Assembly (NCBI RefSeq): GCF_009834535.1
Contig: NC_045697.1
Coordinates: forward strand, 38,814,001-38,878,000
Origin: Camelus ferus
Lineage: Eukaryota
Direction: 5' to 3'
DNA: 64,000 nucleotides
Below, piece after piece: positions 27,670 through 41,683 of the stretch. A program made the position numbers and the translations under genes. Under the pieces are notes generated by a model. The model saw only the letters and a list, made by a program, of their open reading frames with translations, was not told where the DNA came from and made no database searches. The number at the start of each line of letters is the position of its first letter. The stretch's first letter is position 1.

Positions 27670-30600
27670 CCAGGAGGACTCAACAGCAGATTTGAGTAGT
27701 CAGAAGAAAGCATTAGCACACTTAAGGATAGGTCAGTTGAGATGATAAAGTCTGAGAAACAGAAAGAAAAAAGAATGAAATAAACAAATCCTCATAGCCC
27801 TATGGGATACCATCAAGAGTATCAACATATCCATAATGGGAATTTCATAAAGAGAGTCAAGAGATAGAGGAGCAGAAGGAATGTTTGAAGAAATAATGGC
27901 CCAAAGTTTCCTAGGTTAGATGAAAAACATTAAGCTACATATCCAAGAAACTTAACAAACTCCAAGTATGATAAACTCAAAAAGATCCACAACCTGACAC
28001 AACATAATCAAATTGTCCACAACCAGAGACAAAGAGAAAATCTTGAAAGCAAGAGAAGTAACTCACCATATACAAAGGATCTGCAGTAAGATTAACAGAT
28101 GACTTCTTGTCAGAAACCATGGAGGCCAGAAGGCAGAGGCATGACACAGTTAAAGCACTGAAAGAAAAATACTATTGGCTGAGAATATTCTATCTAACAA
28201 AACCATACTTCAAAAATAAAGAAATTAAGACATTTCCAGATAAACAAAAACTGAGAAAATTCATCACCAGCAGGCTTGTTTTACAGTAAATACTAAAGGG
28301 ATTCCTTTGGGCTAAAGTGAAAAGACGCTAGACAATAACTCAAATCTACATGAAGAAATAAAGGGCATCAATAGAGTTAATTACACAGGTAAATATGAAA
28401 GACAGGATAATTGTGTTTTTCTTTTTATAGCTCTTTTATTCTTCTACCTGATTTAAAAGACAACTGCATAAAACAATAATTATAAATCTGTGTTGTTGGG
28501 CATATAATGTATTTAAAAAAACAGGGAGGGAATGGAGTGATATTAACTTGAATTAGAATGTTATAAGTTAAGACATACAGGGCAACAACTAAGAAAATAG
28601 TTTTTAAAATAACAAGGGAATTAAAATGGTACACTAGAAAAAAATCTAACATGGAAGAAGAGAGGAATGGTTGAGTAGAGGAACAAAAAAGATGTAACAT
28701 ACGAAAAACATAGAAAATTACAGGCAGAAATTCTATGTTGTGAGTAATATATTAAATGCAAATGAATTGAACACTCTAATCAAAAGGCAGGGATTGGCAA
28801 ATGAATTGAACACTCTAATCAAAATGCAGGGATTGACAGAATGGATTAAAAAAAACATGTACTCAATAATATGCTCTCTATGAGACACATCCTTTAGATT
28901 CAAAGAAACAAGTAGGCTGAAGTCTGAAAGTAAAAGGATAGAAAAAGATATACGATGAAAACCAGCCACAGTGAGTGGCTATACTTATATCAGACAATAT
29001 AGACTTTAAGACAAACATTGTATACATCTAACAACAGGACCCCAAAGCAGATGAAACAAAACCTAGTAGAACTGAAGAGAGAAAGAGATAATTCAATACT
29101 AGCTGAATTTTTCAGTATTCCACTTTAAATAATAAGAAGAACAACACACAGATCAACAAGGAAATAGAAGGCTGGAACAACACTAAACCAACAATACCTA
29201 ACTGACACTTATACAACAGTACACCCAACAATAAGCAGAACACTTGTTTTTCTCAACTGAAATGTTCTCTAGGATAGTAATATATTAGATCATAAAGCAA
29301 GTGTCAATAAATTTAAAAGAATTGAATACATACAAAACTAGTTCTCTGATCACAGTGAAATGAAATTAGAAACCAATAGCAGAAGAAAAATTTTAAATAT
29401 GTGAAATTAAATACACTCCTAAACAATGAGTCAAAGAAGAAACCACTTTGATATTTTATTAAATGAAAACACAACATACCAAAACTTATGAGATGCAGCT
29501 GAAGTAGTGATTAGTGGGAAATTTTAACTGTAAATGCCTACATTAAAAAGTAAAAAAGATCACAAATCATAACCTAATCTTCCATTTTAAGAGATTACAA
29601 GTGGAAAAGCAAACTAATTCAAAACAAGCAGAAAGAAGGAAATAATAAAGATTAGAGTGAAAATAAATTAAATAGAAACTAGAAAAACAGAGAAAATCAA
29701 CAAAGCCAGAAGTTGGCTCTTTGAAAAAAAATCAAAAAACAAGACTTCGGCTAGACTTATGAAGACAAAAAGACGGAAGACTCAAATTACTAAAATCATG
29801 AAAGAAAGAAGGGACCTTTCTAAGGATTCATTTGCAAAAGAAGGGTTATTGCTATTTACTTTATAGAAATAAAAAAGGATTATATGGGATTACTATGAGC
29901 AGTTGTAAGAGCAACAGATTAGATAACATAAGTGGAATGGACAAATCCCTAGAAAGACAAACTACTGAAACTGACAAAATAATAGAAAATCTCAGCAAAC
30001 CTATAACAAGAGATTTAATTAATAATTTACAAAAACTTCCTATGAATGGCTCAAGACCAGATGTCTTCATTGATGAGTTCAATGATATGTTTAGAGAAGA
30101 ACTAACACCAATACTTCAGATTCTTTAAAAAAATAGGTCACTTCTCAACTCATTCCATGAGGTCCATATTACCTGATACCAAAACCAGAAAAGGTCATAC
30201 AAGAGAAGAAAATGACAGACAGTATCTCTTATGAATATATATGTAACAATTCATATGAAAATGCTACATTTCAAGTTCAAATATCTAGGCAACAATCGCA
30301 CCAAAATACTAGCAAAGCAAGTCCAACTACATATAAAAATAATTATACACCATGACCAAGTTGGATTTCTCCCAGGAATACAGAAATATTGTATTCTGTA
30401 TTGGATTGGTTCAACATACTAAAGTCAAGGTAATACACCAAATCAATAGAATAAAAAAACCAAAACCACGTGATTATCTGAATAGACTCAGAAAAAGCAT
30501 TTGACAAAATTTAACACACACCATGCTCAACAAACTATATATAGAAGTGAACTTACTCAACTTGATAAGGGACATCTACAAAAACCCCACAGCTAACATC

Positions 30601-32455
30601 ATAATTGATGGTAAAAGACTGAATGCTTTCACCCTAAGATCAGGAATAAGACAAGAACATCAGTTCTCACCACTTCCATTCAACATCCTACTGGAGATTT
30701 GAGTCAGGACAATTAGGCAATAAAAGAAATAAAAGGTATTGAGGTTGGAAAGGAAAAAGTAAAACTATCTCTACTCATAGGTGACAGGATCTTATATATA
30801 GAAAATCTCAGGGAATTAACATTAAAACTATTAGAGCTAATAAATGAGTTCAGGAACGCACAGACACTAAGATCAATATACAGAAATCAATTGTGTATCT
30901 ATCCACTAAAAACAATCTGAAAATTAAATTAAGAAACATGACTGGATAAAGAAGTTGTGATATATTTATACAGTGGAATACTACTCAGCCATAAAAAGAA
31001 TAAAATAATGCCATTTGCAGCAACATGGATGGACCTGGAGATTGTCGTTCTAAGTGAAGTAAGCCAGAAAGAGAAAGAAGAATACCATGTGATATCATTC
31101 ATATGTGGAATCTTAAAAAAAATAAAAGGACACAAACTTATTTACAAAACAGAAACAGACACAGACATAGAAAACAAACTTATGGTTACCGGGGGGGAAA
31201 GAGGGTGGGAAGGGATAAATTGGAGTTCGAGATTTGCAGATATGAACTGCTGTATATAAAATAGGTAGACAACAAGTTTCTTCTGTATAGCACAGGTAAC
31301 TATATTCAATATCTTATAGTAACCTATAATGAAAAAGAATATGAAAATGAATATATGTATGTATGTGTATGACTGAAACATTTGTGGCATACCAGAAATT
31401 GATACAACATTGTAAACTGACTATATTTCAAAAAAAAAAAGAAATTTAGAAACAATCCCATTTGCAGTAACATCAAAAAGAATGAAACAATACATGCAAT
31501 GGAGTATTACTCAGCCTTTAAAAAGGAAAATCCTGACACATGCTACAACATGGATGAACCTTGAGTACATTATGCTAAATGAAATAAGTCAGTCACACAA
31601 AAACACTGTATGATTCTACTTATACACAGCACCAACTCAAATCATACCAGACTACCAAGTCAAATTCATACACAAGAAGAAGCACATGAAAAGATGCTAA
31701 CTATCATTAGTCATCTTGGAATTGCACATTAAAACCATAAGCTCTACTACTTACCTCTAGAATGGCAGTAATAATAATAATTAATAAACAAAAAGTAACT
31801 TGTGTTGCAGAGGATGTGGAGAAATTGAAACCCTCATACATTTCTGTTGGGAATGTAAAATGGTGCAGCTTATGTGGAAAATAGTTTTCCAGTTTCTCAA
31901 ATTTTAAACATAGAGTCATTATATGGTCAGCAGTTCCACTCCCAGGCATGTACCCAATTGAATTCAAAACATAATGTAAACATAAGTTCACACAAAAACT
32001 TGTACATAGATATTGACAGTAACATTCCATAATAGCCAAAAAGTAGAAACAACTCAAATGTTCATCAGTGGATGCATGGATAAACAAACTGTGGCAAATT
32101 TAAATAATGGAATTCAGCCATAAAAGGAATGACATACTGATACATGAATCTTGAAAATATGCTGTGTGGAGGAAGCCAGACACAAAAGGCTACATATTTG
32201 GATGACTCTGTTTATTTGAAATTTCCAGAATAGGCAAATCCATAGAGACAGAAAGTCAATTAGTAGTTCCTAGGGGTGGGGGGGAGAGGGACAGGTAATA
32301 GGTATGGGATATCTCTTCAGGCTGTTGAAAACGTTCTGAATTTAGATAGTGGTAATAGTCGCACAATTTTGAGTGTATTCTAGAAACCACTGAATTGTAC
32401 ACTTTTAAAAGGTAAATCCTATGGTATGTCAACTATAAATCAATTAAAAAAACTA
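27670..32455 (+). mobile_element. Long degenerate L1 (ORF1, ORF2, 3' pieces) with nested insertions
   Basis: ORF1 and ORF2 endonuclease/RT-like motifs with many stops (gaaaaagcatttgacaaaat, ctaagatcaggaataagacaag). Confidence 0.88.
30939..31441 (+). mobile_element. Young 5'-truncated L1 3' end with poly(A)
   Basis: Poly(A) at ~31430-31440; TSD aaattaagaaaca (30926-30938) / aaatttagaaaca (31442-31454). Confidence 0.9.
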
Positions 32456-32958
32456 ACAGACTACCCCTAGAGGGTAGTCAGATTCATTCGCGAAAAACTT
32501 TTTTCCATATTAGGTTTGTTTGTAGGTTTGTTGGTTGATAGGTTTCTGTTCCGGGAAAGGACTATGTGGGAAAATCAACCGAGTTGCTGGGAGTTATGAC
32601 CAGCAGTATTTCAAACTGCACTGCAGAGGATACTGGCCATCACAGAAGGGTCCTTGGTAATGACTGGAATTCTTGTATCAGGGTTTTGATATGAGGTTTG
32701 AGTAGGAAGTAAAATATTTTTTAAACTGGAAGTCTCAATCCATTAGTGGATCATGAAATCAATTCCGTTTTTTTGTTTTGTTTTGTTTTTATCAAATGAA
32801 ATTTTAAAAATCAGAATGCATTGCCTAGGGAAAGCATTGTTCCATGATCATTTTGTTTCAGATATATGCACAGACTTACATACACTGTATCACAATATAA
32901 AATGTGCTTCTTACCTTGGGTCATAGTGAAACAACTTTGAGAAACACCAGTCTGGTAG

Positions 32959-33234
<276 letters not shown>

Positions 33235-34417
33235 TGAAAGAAAAAATTCCTGATAGACTTTGTAACATGTAATGAGTATGTAATTGTAACGTGCTCCCTC
33301 TTACTCCTAGGTGTGTATTTTCCTTTTCTTTGTTTTTATTTTCCCCTCTCATCAAATGAAGTTTTTTAAACTCTCTCCCCTGTGCCTAAGGTATCTGTCA
33401 GGATTTTATGAGAGAAGCAGAGCCAGTATGAGTAATGTAGATTTAGCCTTAGGCAATCGTGGGAGCTGATGGAGATGTCTTTGGAAAACTGTTATGGCAG
33501 CTGGGACTTGGGTCTGGTCATAGAACTAGAAGCAATGAGAGAGAGTAGGGTAGGTCAGCAGTTCCCTGGAAGGTATTTACTTCAGGGGAAGCCGTTATAG
33601 GTTCTTTAGGAAAGGGGTGTCTAGCCTCCTCAGGAAGGGGAGGAAGGGCTGATTTTATCGGTAAGGAAGGCTCGGCAGTAAGCAGGAGTTTAAAGTACCC
33701 AGCTTCATTGCCTGTATGTTCCTGGTCCAATTTTCAGGGTCCCATTCCTTCCCATTCATTGCTCTAAGTTTAATATAGGAGACTATGTAAGTTTGGGAAT
33801 TCAATTTGCGCTATAATTTGCTACTCACAAAATTAGATTTTGAGTTTGGTTTTCAGAATTTTCAGTCCTGTGACCACAGAAGATAAGAGTTTCTTCTGGG
33901 TAAGTCACACAAACTTTCTGGTCCCTTAACTGTACTTTAAGGTGAAAATTTAAAGGCCTGAGCTGATTATTTCTTTCCTCAAGTTCTCTAGTGCATTAGA
34001 AGCAGTGAGCCAATCCCACTACTTTATTTCACTAAAATGATCTCTGTTAGCAGCTGTCGCCACCCAAATCTTGCTTTCTGTTTTGCCAGTGCATGCCATG
34101 GACTACCAGGTCTTTTTAACTTTTTTTTAAACCACTGGCAATAAGATCATTAATACCTTTAAATCTAATCAACTGAGAAAACAAATTCTAGATAGTCTAG
34201 AACCAATACAGGTATACCTTGGAGATATTGTGGGTTTGGTCCTAGACCACCCCAAGAAAGCAAAAATTACAATAAAGCAAGTTACACGAATTTTTTGGTT
34301 ATATATTATAAACATAACATACAAAAGTTATGTTTACACTACTGTAGTCTTTTAAGTGTGCAATAGCAGTTTGTCTGAAAAAACAATGTACATACCTTAA
34401 TTTAAAAAATACTTTAC

Positions 34418-35023
34418 GCAGATTCCTGGGCTCACCACAAGCTGCATCTGACTGCCAGGAATCTGGGCCCAGGAGTCTACATTTTGATCAATTTTCTAGG
34501 TGCTTCCCAAATCCCTTAGAGACTTGCTGGGGTCCTTGTCCCCAAGACCACATTGTGACTTTCATGGGTGACTTTTATGGTCCCTACTCACTTGGTTTTG
34601 GAGTTTTTTTTCCTATTTTTTTGTTGAAGTACAGTCAGTTTGCAATGTAGTGTTGGTTTCTGGTGTGCAGCATAGTGTTTCAGTCGTGCATATGCATGCA
34701 TACATTTGTTTTCATATTCTTTTTCATAATAGGTTGCTGCAGGATGTTGAGTATGGTTCCCTGTGCTATACAGTATAAACTTACTGTTTATCTATTTTAT
34801 GTGTAGTGGTTGGTATTTGCAGATCTTGAACTCCCGGTTTGGCTCTCCCCACCCCCTTTCCCCTGCGGTAACCATCAGTTTTCTATGTCTGCTTACTCAC
34901 TTGGTTTTGTAGGCCACTTCCTTCATCAAATATACATTTAATATTTTATGACTATATCAGTGCAAATATGATTATATTAATGAATATTACATATTAAAGC
35001 ATTCCCCCAAAATAAAATAAAAA
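34418..35023 (+). pseudogene. Retrocopy of a non-coding, repeat-derived RNA 3' end (MER5-like + hAT/ORSL-like + antisense L1)
   Basis: TSD ttaaaaaatactttac (34402-34417) / ttaaaaagtattttac (35024-35039), TT/AAAA site, ATTAAA at 34993-34998, A-rich tail from 35009. Confidence 0.7.
34601..34891 (-). mobile_element. Short L1 3' end with A-to-G hypermutation on the + strand
   Basis: Aligns to copies at 30939-31441 and 36904-37720; perfect TSD tactcacttggttttg at 34585-34600 and 34894-34909. Confidence 0.9.
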
Positions 35024-35369
35024 TTAAAAAGTATTTTACTGCAAAAATTACTAACCATCAACTGAGCCTTCAGTGAGTTGTAATCTTTTTGCAATAGTAG
35101 CGTCAAAGATCACTGACCACAGATCAGCATAATATAATAATAATGGAAAAGTTTGAAATATTGTGAGAATTACCCAGATGTGACACAGAGGCACAAAGTG
35201 AGCAAATGCTGTTGGGAAAATGGTGCTGATAGACTTGCTTGATGCAGAGTTGCCACAAACCTTCAATTTGTAAAAAAAAAAAACGCAGTATCTGCAAAGT
35301 GCAATAAAGAGAAGTGCAAATAAAGCGAGATATGCCTGAACAGAGAACTCGTCCTTAAAGTTCTGATTT

Positions 35370-36340
35370 GGTTAACTTTATGCTGAACTGCCCCCAGACT
35401 TAGTGATGTACAACAGCAGCCATTGTATCATGCTCAAGGCTTTTATGAGTCAGAAGTTCTGATAGGGCAAGCAGGTATGGCTTGTGTCTGCTCCAGGAAT
35501 GTCTGGGGCCTCAACTGGGGTACTTCTAATGGCTTGGGTGTGTGAACTGGTAAGGGGCCGGAACCAGCGGAAGTCTCCTTCACACCTGCCTCAGCTTGGG
35601 CCGCTGTAGCACCCTAGACTGGGCGGCTTTAACAACAAACATTTATTTCTCACAGTTCTGGGGGCTGAGAAACCCAAGATCAAGGTGCCAGTAGATTCTT
35701 TTCTTGGTGAGAGCCCTCTTCCTGGTTGTAGACAGCCACCCTCTTGCTGTGTGTCACATGACCTATGCTTTGTGCACAGAGTTCTGCTCTCTCTTCCTTG
35801 TCTTATAAGCGCACTAATCTCGTTATGGAGGTTCTATCCTTGTGTCCTCATATAAAGCAAATTACCTGCCTCTCAGAGGCCCCACCTCCTAGCACCGTTG
35901 CATTGAGGGGTTAGGACTATGAATTTGGCGGGGGTGTGGGGAAGACAGGCATTCAGTCCGTAACAGCACCTTTTGACGGTACCTACGTGGGGCTGACTTG
36001 AAGGCTAGACTTAGTTAGGAATATATGCGGGGGCACCTTTGTATGGCCTCTCTGTGTGGCTTGGCCCTCCCTCAGCATGGCAGCTGTGTTCTGAGAAGGA
36101 ATACCCTAAAATGGAGTGCCCCAAGGATAAGCATTCCAAAAGAACTAGGTGGAAGCTACATGTTTTTTTTTTTTTATGACTTGGCCTCGGAAGTCACATT
36201 ATGTCACTGGAGTCATCCTCTGTCGATTGATGCAGGTACAAGTCTGGCCAAATTCAAGGGGACAGGGACACAAACCCCACCTCTCAATGAGAGAAGTGGC
36301 AAAGAATTTATAGGCACTTAAGAAAAGAAAACTGCCACAC
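35370..36340 (-). mobile_element. MLT1-type MaLR LTR with a second MLT1 LTR nested at ~35587-35964
   Basis: catttatttctcacagttctgg...caagatcaaggtgccag (inner); cagcatggcagc, gcctcggaagtcaca (outer). Confidence 0.75.
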
Positions 36341-36903
36341 CCAATGATGTGAGTCTTTTGGTATCCTTGCGCATGGTTTTTGTAGGCAGAAAAGGCTGTT
36401 CAGAGGTATATTCTTGATTTAAATAATTAATAGTCATCTTTTTAAATTTCAAATTAAAAAATCGATTTCTTTCTTAGGGTTATAAGTATAGTTTGGAAGG
36501 TTATTCTAATGACAATTCTAGCAGCTTTTGACAGTGACTTTTAAGAGTCTGGAATAATGTTTGATTTGGTTTCCAAACTTATATACTTCCAAATACTTTA
36601 AACTGTATTTATAAATATATTAAATTTGGTTTCTTTCTTGAGCTTCTTACTTCAGCCATCTCCATTAATAAAACCTTCTCAAATATTAAATGACTATGTA
36701 AAAATTGAATATAGTAAACAGATATAGTGAACCTGAAGGTTTTGACGTTGTAAGAATGACATCAACTTAATGTCATGATTCTAAATCAGTTACTTAATTA
36801 TACATTCAGATTGCAGTTGTAAGGGTATCACTGATGGGTCAAACTCTCTTAAAACATGTACCTACTTTTTATTTAAATAGTATATACTTACTTTTTGTTT
36901 TAG

Positions 36904-37720
36904 TTTTTCATCTTTATTTTATTGAAATAGAGTCAGTTTATAATGTGTCAATTTCTGGTGTATAGCATAATGTTTCAGTCATACATATACATACAGATAT
37001 TTGTTTTCATATCCTTTTTCATTATAAGTTACTACAAGATATTGAATATAGTTCCCTGTGCTATACAGAAGAAACTTGTTGTTTATCTGTTTTATATATA
37101 GTAGTTAGTATCTGCAAATCTTGAACTCCCAATTTATCCCTTATCACCCTCTTACCCCTCTGGTAACCATAAGTTTGTTTTCTATGTCTGTGAGTCTGTT
37201 TCTGTTTTATAAATAAGTTCGTTTATCTGGTTTTTTTTTTTAGATTCCATATATGAGTGATATCATATGGTATTTTTCTTTCTCTTTCTGGCTTATTTCA
37301 CTTAGTATGATGATCGCTAGGTCCATCCATGTTACTGCAAATGGCATTATTTTATTCTTTTTATGGCTTAGTAGTATTCCATTGTATAAATATACCACAA
37401 CTTCTTTATCCAGTCATCTGTCGATGGACATTTAGCTTGTTTCCATGTCTTGGCTGTTGTATATAGTGCTCCTATTGACACTGAGGTGTATGTATTTTTT
37501 CAAATTATAGTTTTCTCTGGATATATGCTCAGGAATGGGATTGCTGGATCACAGATTAAGTCTATTTTTAGTTTTTTGAGGAATCTCCATACTGTTTTCC
37601 TACAAACTACATTCCCACCAACAGTGTAGGAGGATTCCCTTTTCTCCATACCTTCTCCAGCATTTATTGTTTGTGGACTTTTTAATGATGGCCATTCTGA
37701 CTGGTGTGAGGTGATACCTC
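36904..37720 (-). mobile_element. Young 5'-truncated L1 3' end
   Basis: Reverse complement of the 30939-31441 family; TSD actttttgttttag (36890-36903) / acttttcgttttaa (37721-37734). Confidence 0.9.
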
Positions 37721-38989
37721 ACTTTTCGTTTTAATAATAATTTCAGATTTACTGAAAATCTGCAAAAATGAACATTTTGGTCCACTGACTTTATCATTCT
37801 CTCTCCTCTGTGGTGTGTGTGTGTGTGTGTGTGTATTTAAATTTTTCCCTGAATCATTTTTGAGAGATACAGACATAATATACTCCATTTTCCTCAATAC
37901 TTCAGTGTATATTTCCCAAGAACAGGACACTATCTTATGTAACATACTGTTACCAAGATCATGAAATTTAACATTAATATAATATTATATTTGGTCTATA
38001 GTCCATGTTCAGTTTCATCAGTTCTTGCACATATTTATTCTTAAGACAAAGTATTAATTCTATGATTGTGATTCTCTCAGCTTTTTTACAGTTAATTCTA
38101 AATCTTAGAGTTTAAAGATAACACACGCCCACAAAAGAAGTCCAGGTACTGTCACAGCTGTCTGAGGATACTTGCCACCAGAGACTTTGGGTGGATACAC
38201 TATGGGAAGTCCTTTTACTATGAATGTCATTCCAAATCTTTTTTTTTTTTTTTTGTAGTAGCTTTATTAGGACTACAAAACTTAGAAAGAAAGGGGTTGT
38301 TTCGTAGCTCACTTAGTCCATAACCATCGTTCTCTCTTTACTTAAAGATGTCCACAGCTGCTACTCAGACTAATCAGCTTGGTTAGGTATTTTAAATCTT
38401 TGACTCTTGATACATTTTGACTTTTAATACTCTTCTTTTCTATCTGGCAGATACCTTTGAAAATTACGCACTTGTACTCTGCATTTTTACGATGCTTTGT
38501 CTCACTTGCTGTCCTAATTTATGAGGTCATTCTACCAACATGTCCCTCCCCAATCATTCTCAATCTCTGATTATTTTCTGAGAATAAAAATTCTCACAGT
38601 ATAATTAATGGATCAAGAGTATGAACATTTTGAGGTGATTCATATAAATCCCAAAATGTGTTTCAACAGAAGTGATTTTGATTTACATATTTGTGCTGCC
38701 TTTTTTACTGCAATAATATATTAATTATATATTTTATAAAGTATTAACTGTATAATAAAGTGATACCTCATTAAAATACTTTCATTTCTCTGATTATTAA
38801 TAAAGTCAAATAGCTCTCCACATTTATTTACCATGTGTAATTCTTTTGTAAATTTGTCTATTCATGGCTTTATTTTTCTACTGGTCTATACATTTTTTAT
38901 TGATTCATGAAGTTCTTTTCATCTTAAGGATATTAATTCTTCATCTGTTATATATGAAGTAAATATTTTTCCTAGCTTGTAACTTAAAA

Positions 38990-40720
38990 GTTTGGGGTTA
39001 TAATTTATATAATAATAATATATATTTAAATTGTAATATATATAAAATTAAAAATGCATAGATCTTAAATTGTATAGTTTAATAAGGTTTTAACAAATGT
39101 ATATACCCATGCAATAACCACCCCAATCAAGATGCAAACATTATCCTAAAAAGTTTCCTCATGACTGTTTCCAGTCAGTTCCCGCTCCACCCCCTGCCTC
39201 AGAGGGAACCACTTTCAGATTCCTATCATCATAGACTCTTTTTGCCTGTTCTTGGACTTGATATAAATAGAATCATACAGTATATACTCTTTACAGCTTG
39301 GCTTCTATTGCTTGACACAGTATTTTTGAGATTCATGCATGTTATTAAGAATATTAATAGATTTTTCCTTTTTATTGACAAGTATTATTTCATTGTATAA
39401 GTATATCACAGTTTGTTTATTCATTCACTTTTGGTGGACATTTGGGATGTTTCCAGTTTGGGGTTATTTTGAATAAAGTTGCTGTGAATATTCCTGTACA
39501 GATATTTTTGTGGATATACATTTTTATTTCTCTTGTATAAATACCTAGGAGTAGAATCAGCTCTTCTATCCTATGACCCAACTGGCCATAAGGTATGTGT
39601 ATATTTAGTTTCAGGAGAAACTGCTCAAGTATTTTCCAAAATGCGTGTGCAGTTTTAATCTCACCAGCAGTGTATGAGTGATCTAGATGCTGTACAGACT
39701 TTACAACATTGGTATTGTCAGCTTCTAAAATATGTAGCCATTTTAGTGAGTGTATAGTGGCATCTTGCTGTGGTTTTAATTTACATGTCTAGGATGGCTG
39801 TTCATGTTGAGCACTTGTCATGTGCCTGTTGGCATTTGTATGTCTTCTTCTGTCATTTAGTTAGTAGATTTTGTGAAACATTCTTTTGGATTTTCTACCT
39901 ACAGAATCACATTTTGTGTTAATGAAGAGTTGGCTTGTCTTATGAAGCTTTTACCCATTTAAAAAAATGGGTTATTTTCCTTTTATCAATGATTTGTAAA
40001 ATGTATTTATTCTGGCACATTTCCTTTGTCAGGGTTATGTATTTGTGCATATGTTCTCTCTATTAATTTTCCTAATTGTATCTTCTCTAAAGAAAAAGAT
40101 GTTCAATTTGTCAGTTTTTTCTTTTATAGTTAATGCTTTTGGCGTCTCAACTAAGACGTCTTTGTCTTCCCCCAGGTTGTGAAGGTGTTGTAGATTTTCC
40201 TATAGAAGCTTTGTAATTTTTGATTTTATATTTATATATATTATCCACCTTGAATTAGTTTTTTGGTAGCTGTGAGGTAGGGATTGAGGTTTGTTTTTTT
40301 CCATACCGAAATCCAATTTTTCTAGTACCGTTTGATGGAAGGCTTTCTTCTCCCTGTTGAATGGCCTTGGGTCTATTCGTGGACTTCCCAATTCTGTTGT
40401 AATTGTTTACTTACCTATTCACATGTCAATACTTTACTGTCATGATTACTGTAGATTTATAAGTCTTGAAATAAAATAGTATAAGTCCTCCTATTTTGTT
40501 CTCCTTTTTCAGTTTATTTTTGGTTCTTCTAGATCTTTTCCACTTTCACATGAATTTTAGAATCAATGTGTCAGTTTCTACAAAAATGTCTGTTGTGATT
40601 TTGATTAGGATTGTCTTGAATATGTAAAGCAACTTAGAGAATTAACATCTTAGTAATAGTAACTCTTCTAATCCATGAATATTTTATCTCTCTTTATTTA
40701 GATCATCTATAATTTTTTCC
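38990..40720 (-). mobile_element. Old antisense L1 fragment
   Basis: Motifs ggacatttgggatgtttccagtttggg, catgaattttagaatca. Confidence 0.8.
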
Positions 40721-41413
40721 ACCCACAGTTAAAACCCTGTTTTATTTCCTGTTATTGATCATATTATCCTCTCAAAGTCTTGTAAGTATTGAGTTTGAAT
40801 ACAAGTGCTTTAAACAGAAGACCATGTAATTTGAACACACTTCCACAGTTAAGGTAGTGAGGAGTGTCTTGGGGGACTAGTACAACATTGTCTATGGAGG
40901 TATATGGTTTGGCCTTTCTTCCTCTTGGCTTTGGTTTCTTTTTCTTATTTGTTCCACTTAAGAAAAGAGCCACTTACATTCATTTTAAGCATGAGGATTT
41001 GTGATAATGATTCCTGATTTCCAAAGAGCAAAATAATTAAGAACAAAGTAGAGCTTTCCCCCTTACAGTGTTCTTATGTGGTAGGGCTGGCCTTCCGTCT
41101 TGTCTGAGTTTATCATTCCAAAATCAGTGTTGCCATTTATCTCATAGTCAATATGTGTAATTACCATTTCCTCCCCATCTTTAGTTTAATAGTAAGTTCC
41201 TAAAAAGCTCGGTTGGAATCCATTCAACCTAGTTTGAAAAGGATGGATATTGATCCTTGCCACTATGATCATAGGTTACTGCAGGATTTTCCTCCTTTCT
41301 CCTAGGTTTGCTGAGAAATCTGCTCCAGAGGTCAGACACTACTTTGTAACCTTGACTGAGATGGTGTTTATTGTTTGATACTTGAAGGTACTATTCTTTG
41401 TTTTATCCCCTAG

Positions 41414-41683
<270 letters not shown>

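Larger units (their letters stand above)
34209..35338. mobile_element. Tigger1-derived short DNA transposon, split by a retroposed insert
   Basis: Ends caggtataccttgg / gcgagatatgcctg, TA at 34207-34208; Tigger sequence stops at ~34417 and resumes at ~35026. Confidence 0.85.

Noticed and set aside
27670..30930. Possible functional L1 reverse transcriptase
   Set aside because: Many stops, frameshifts and deletions; only short ORFs remain
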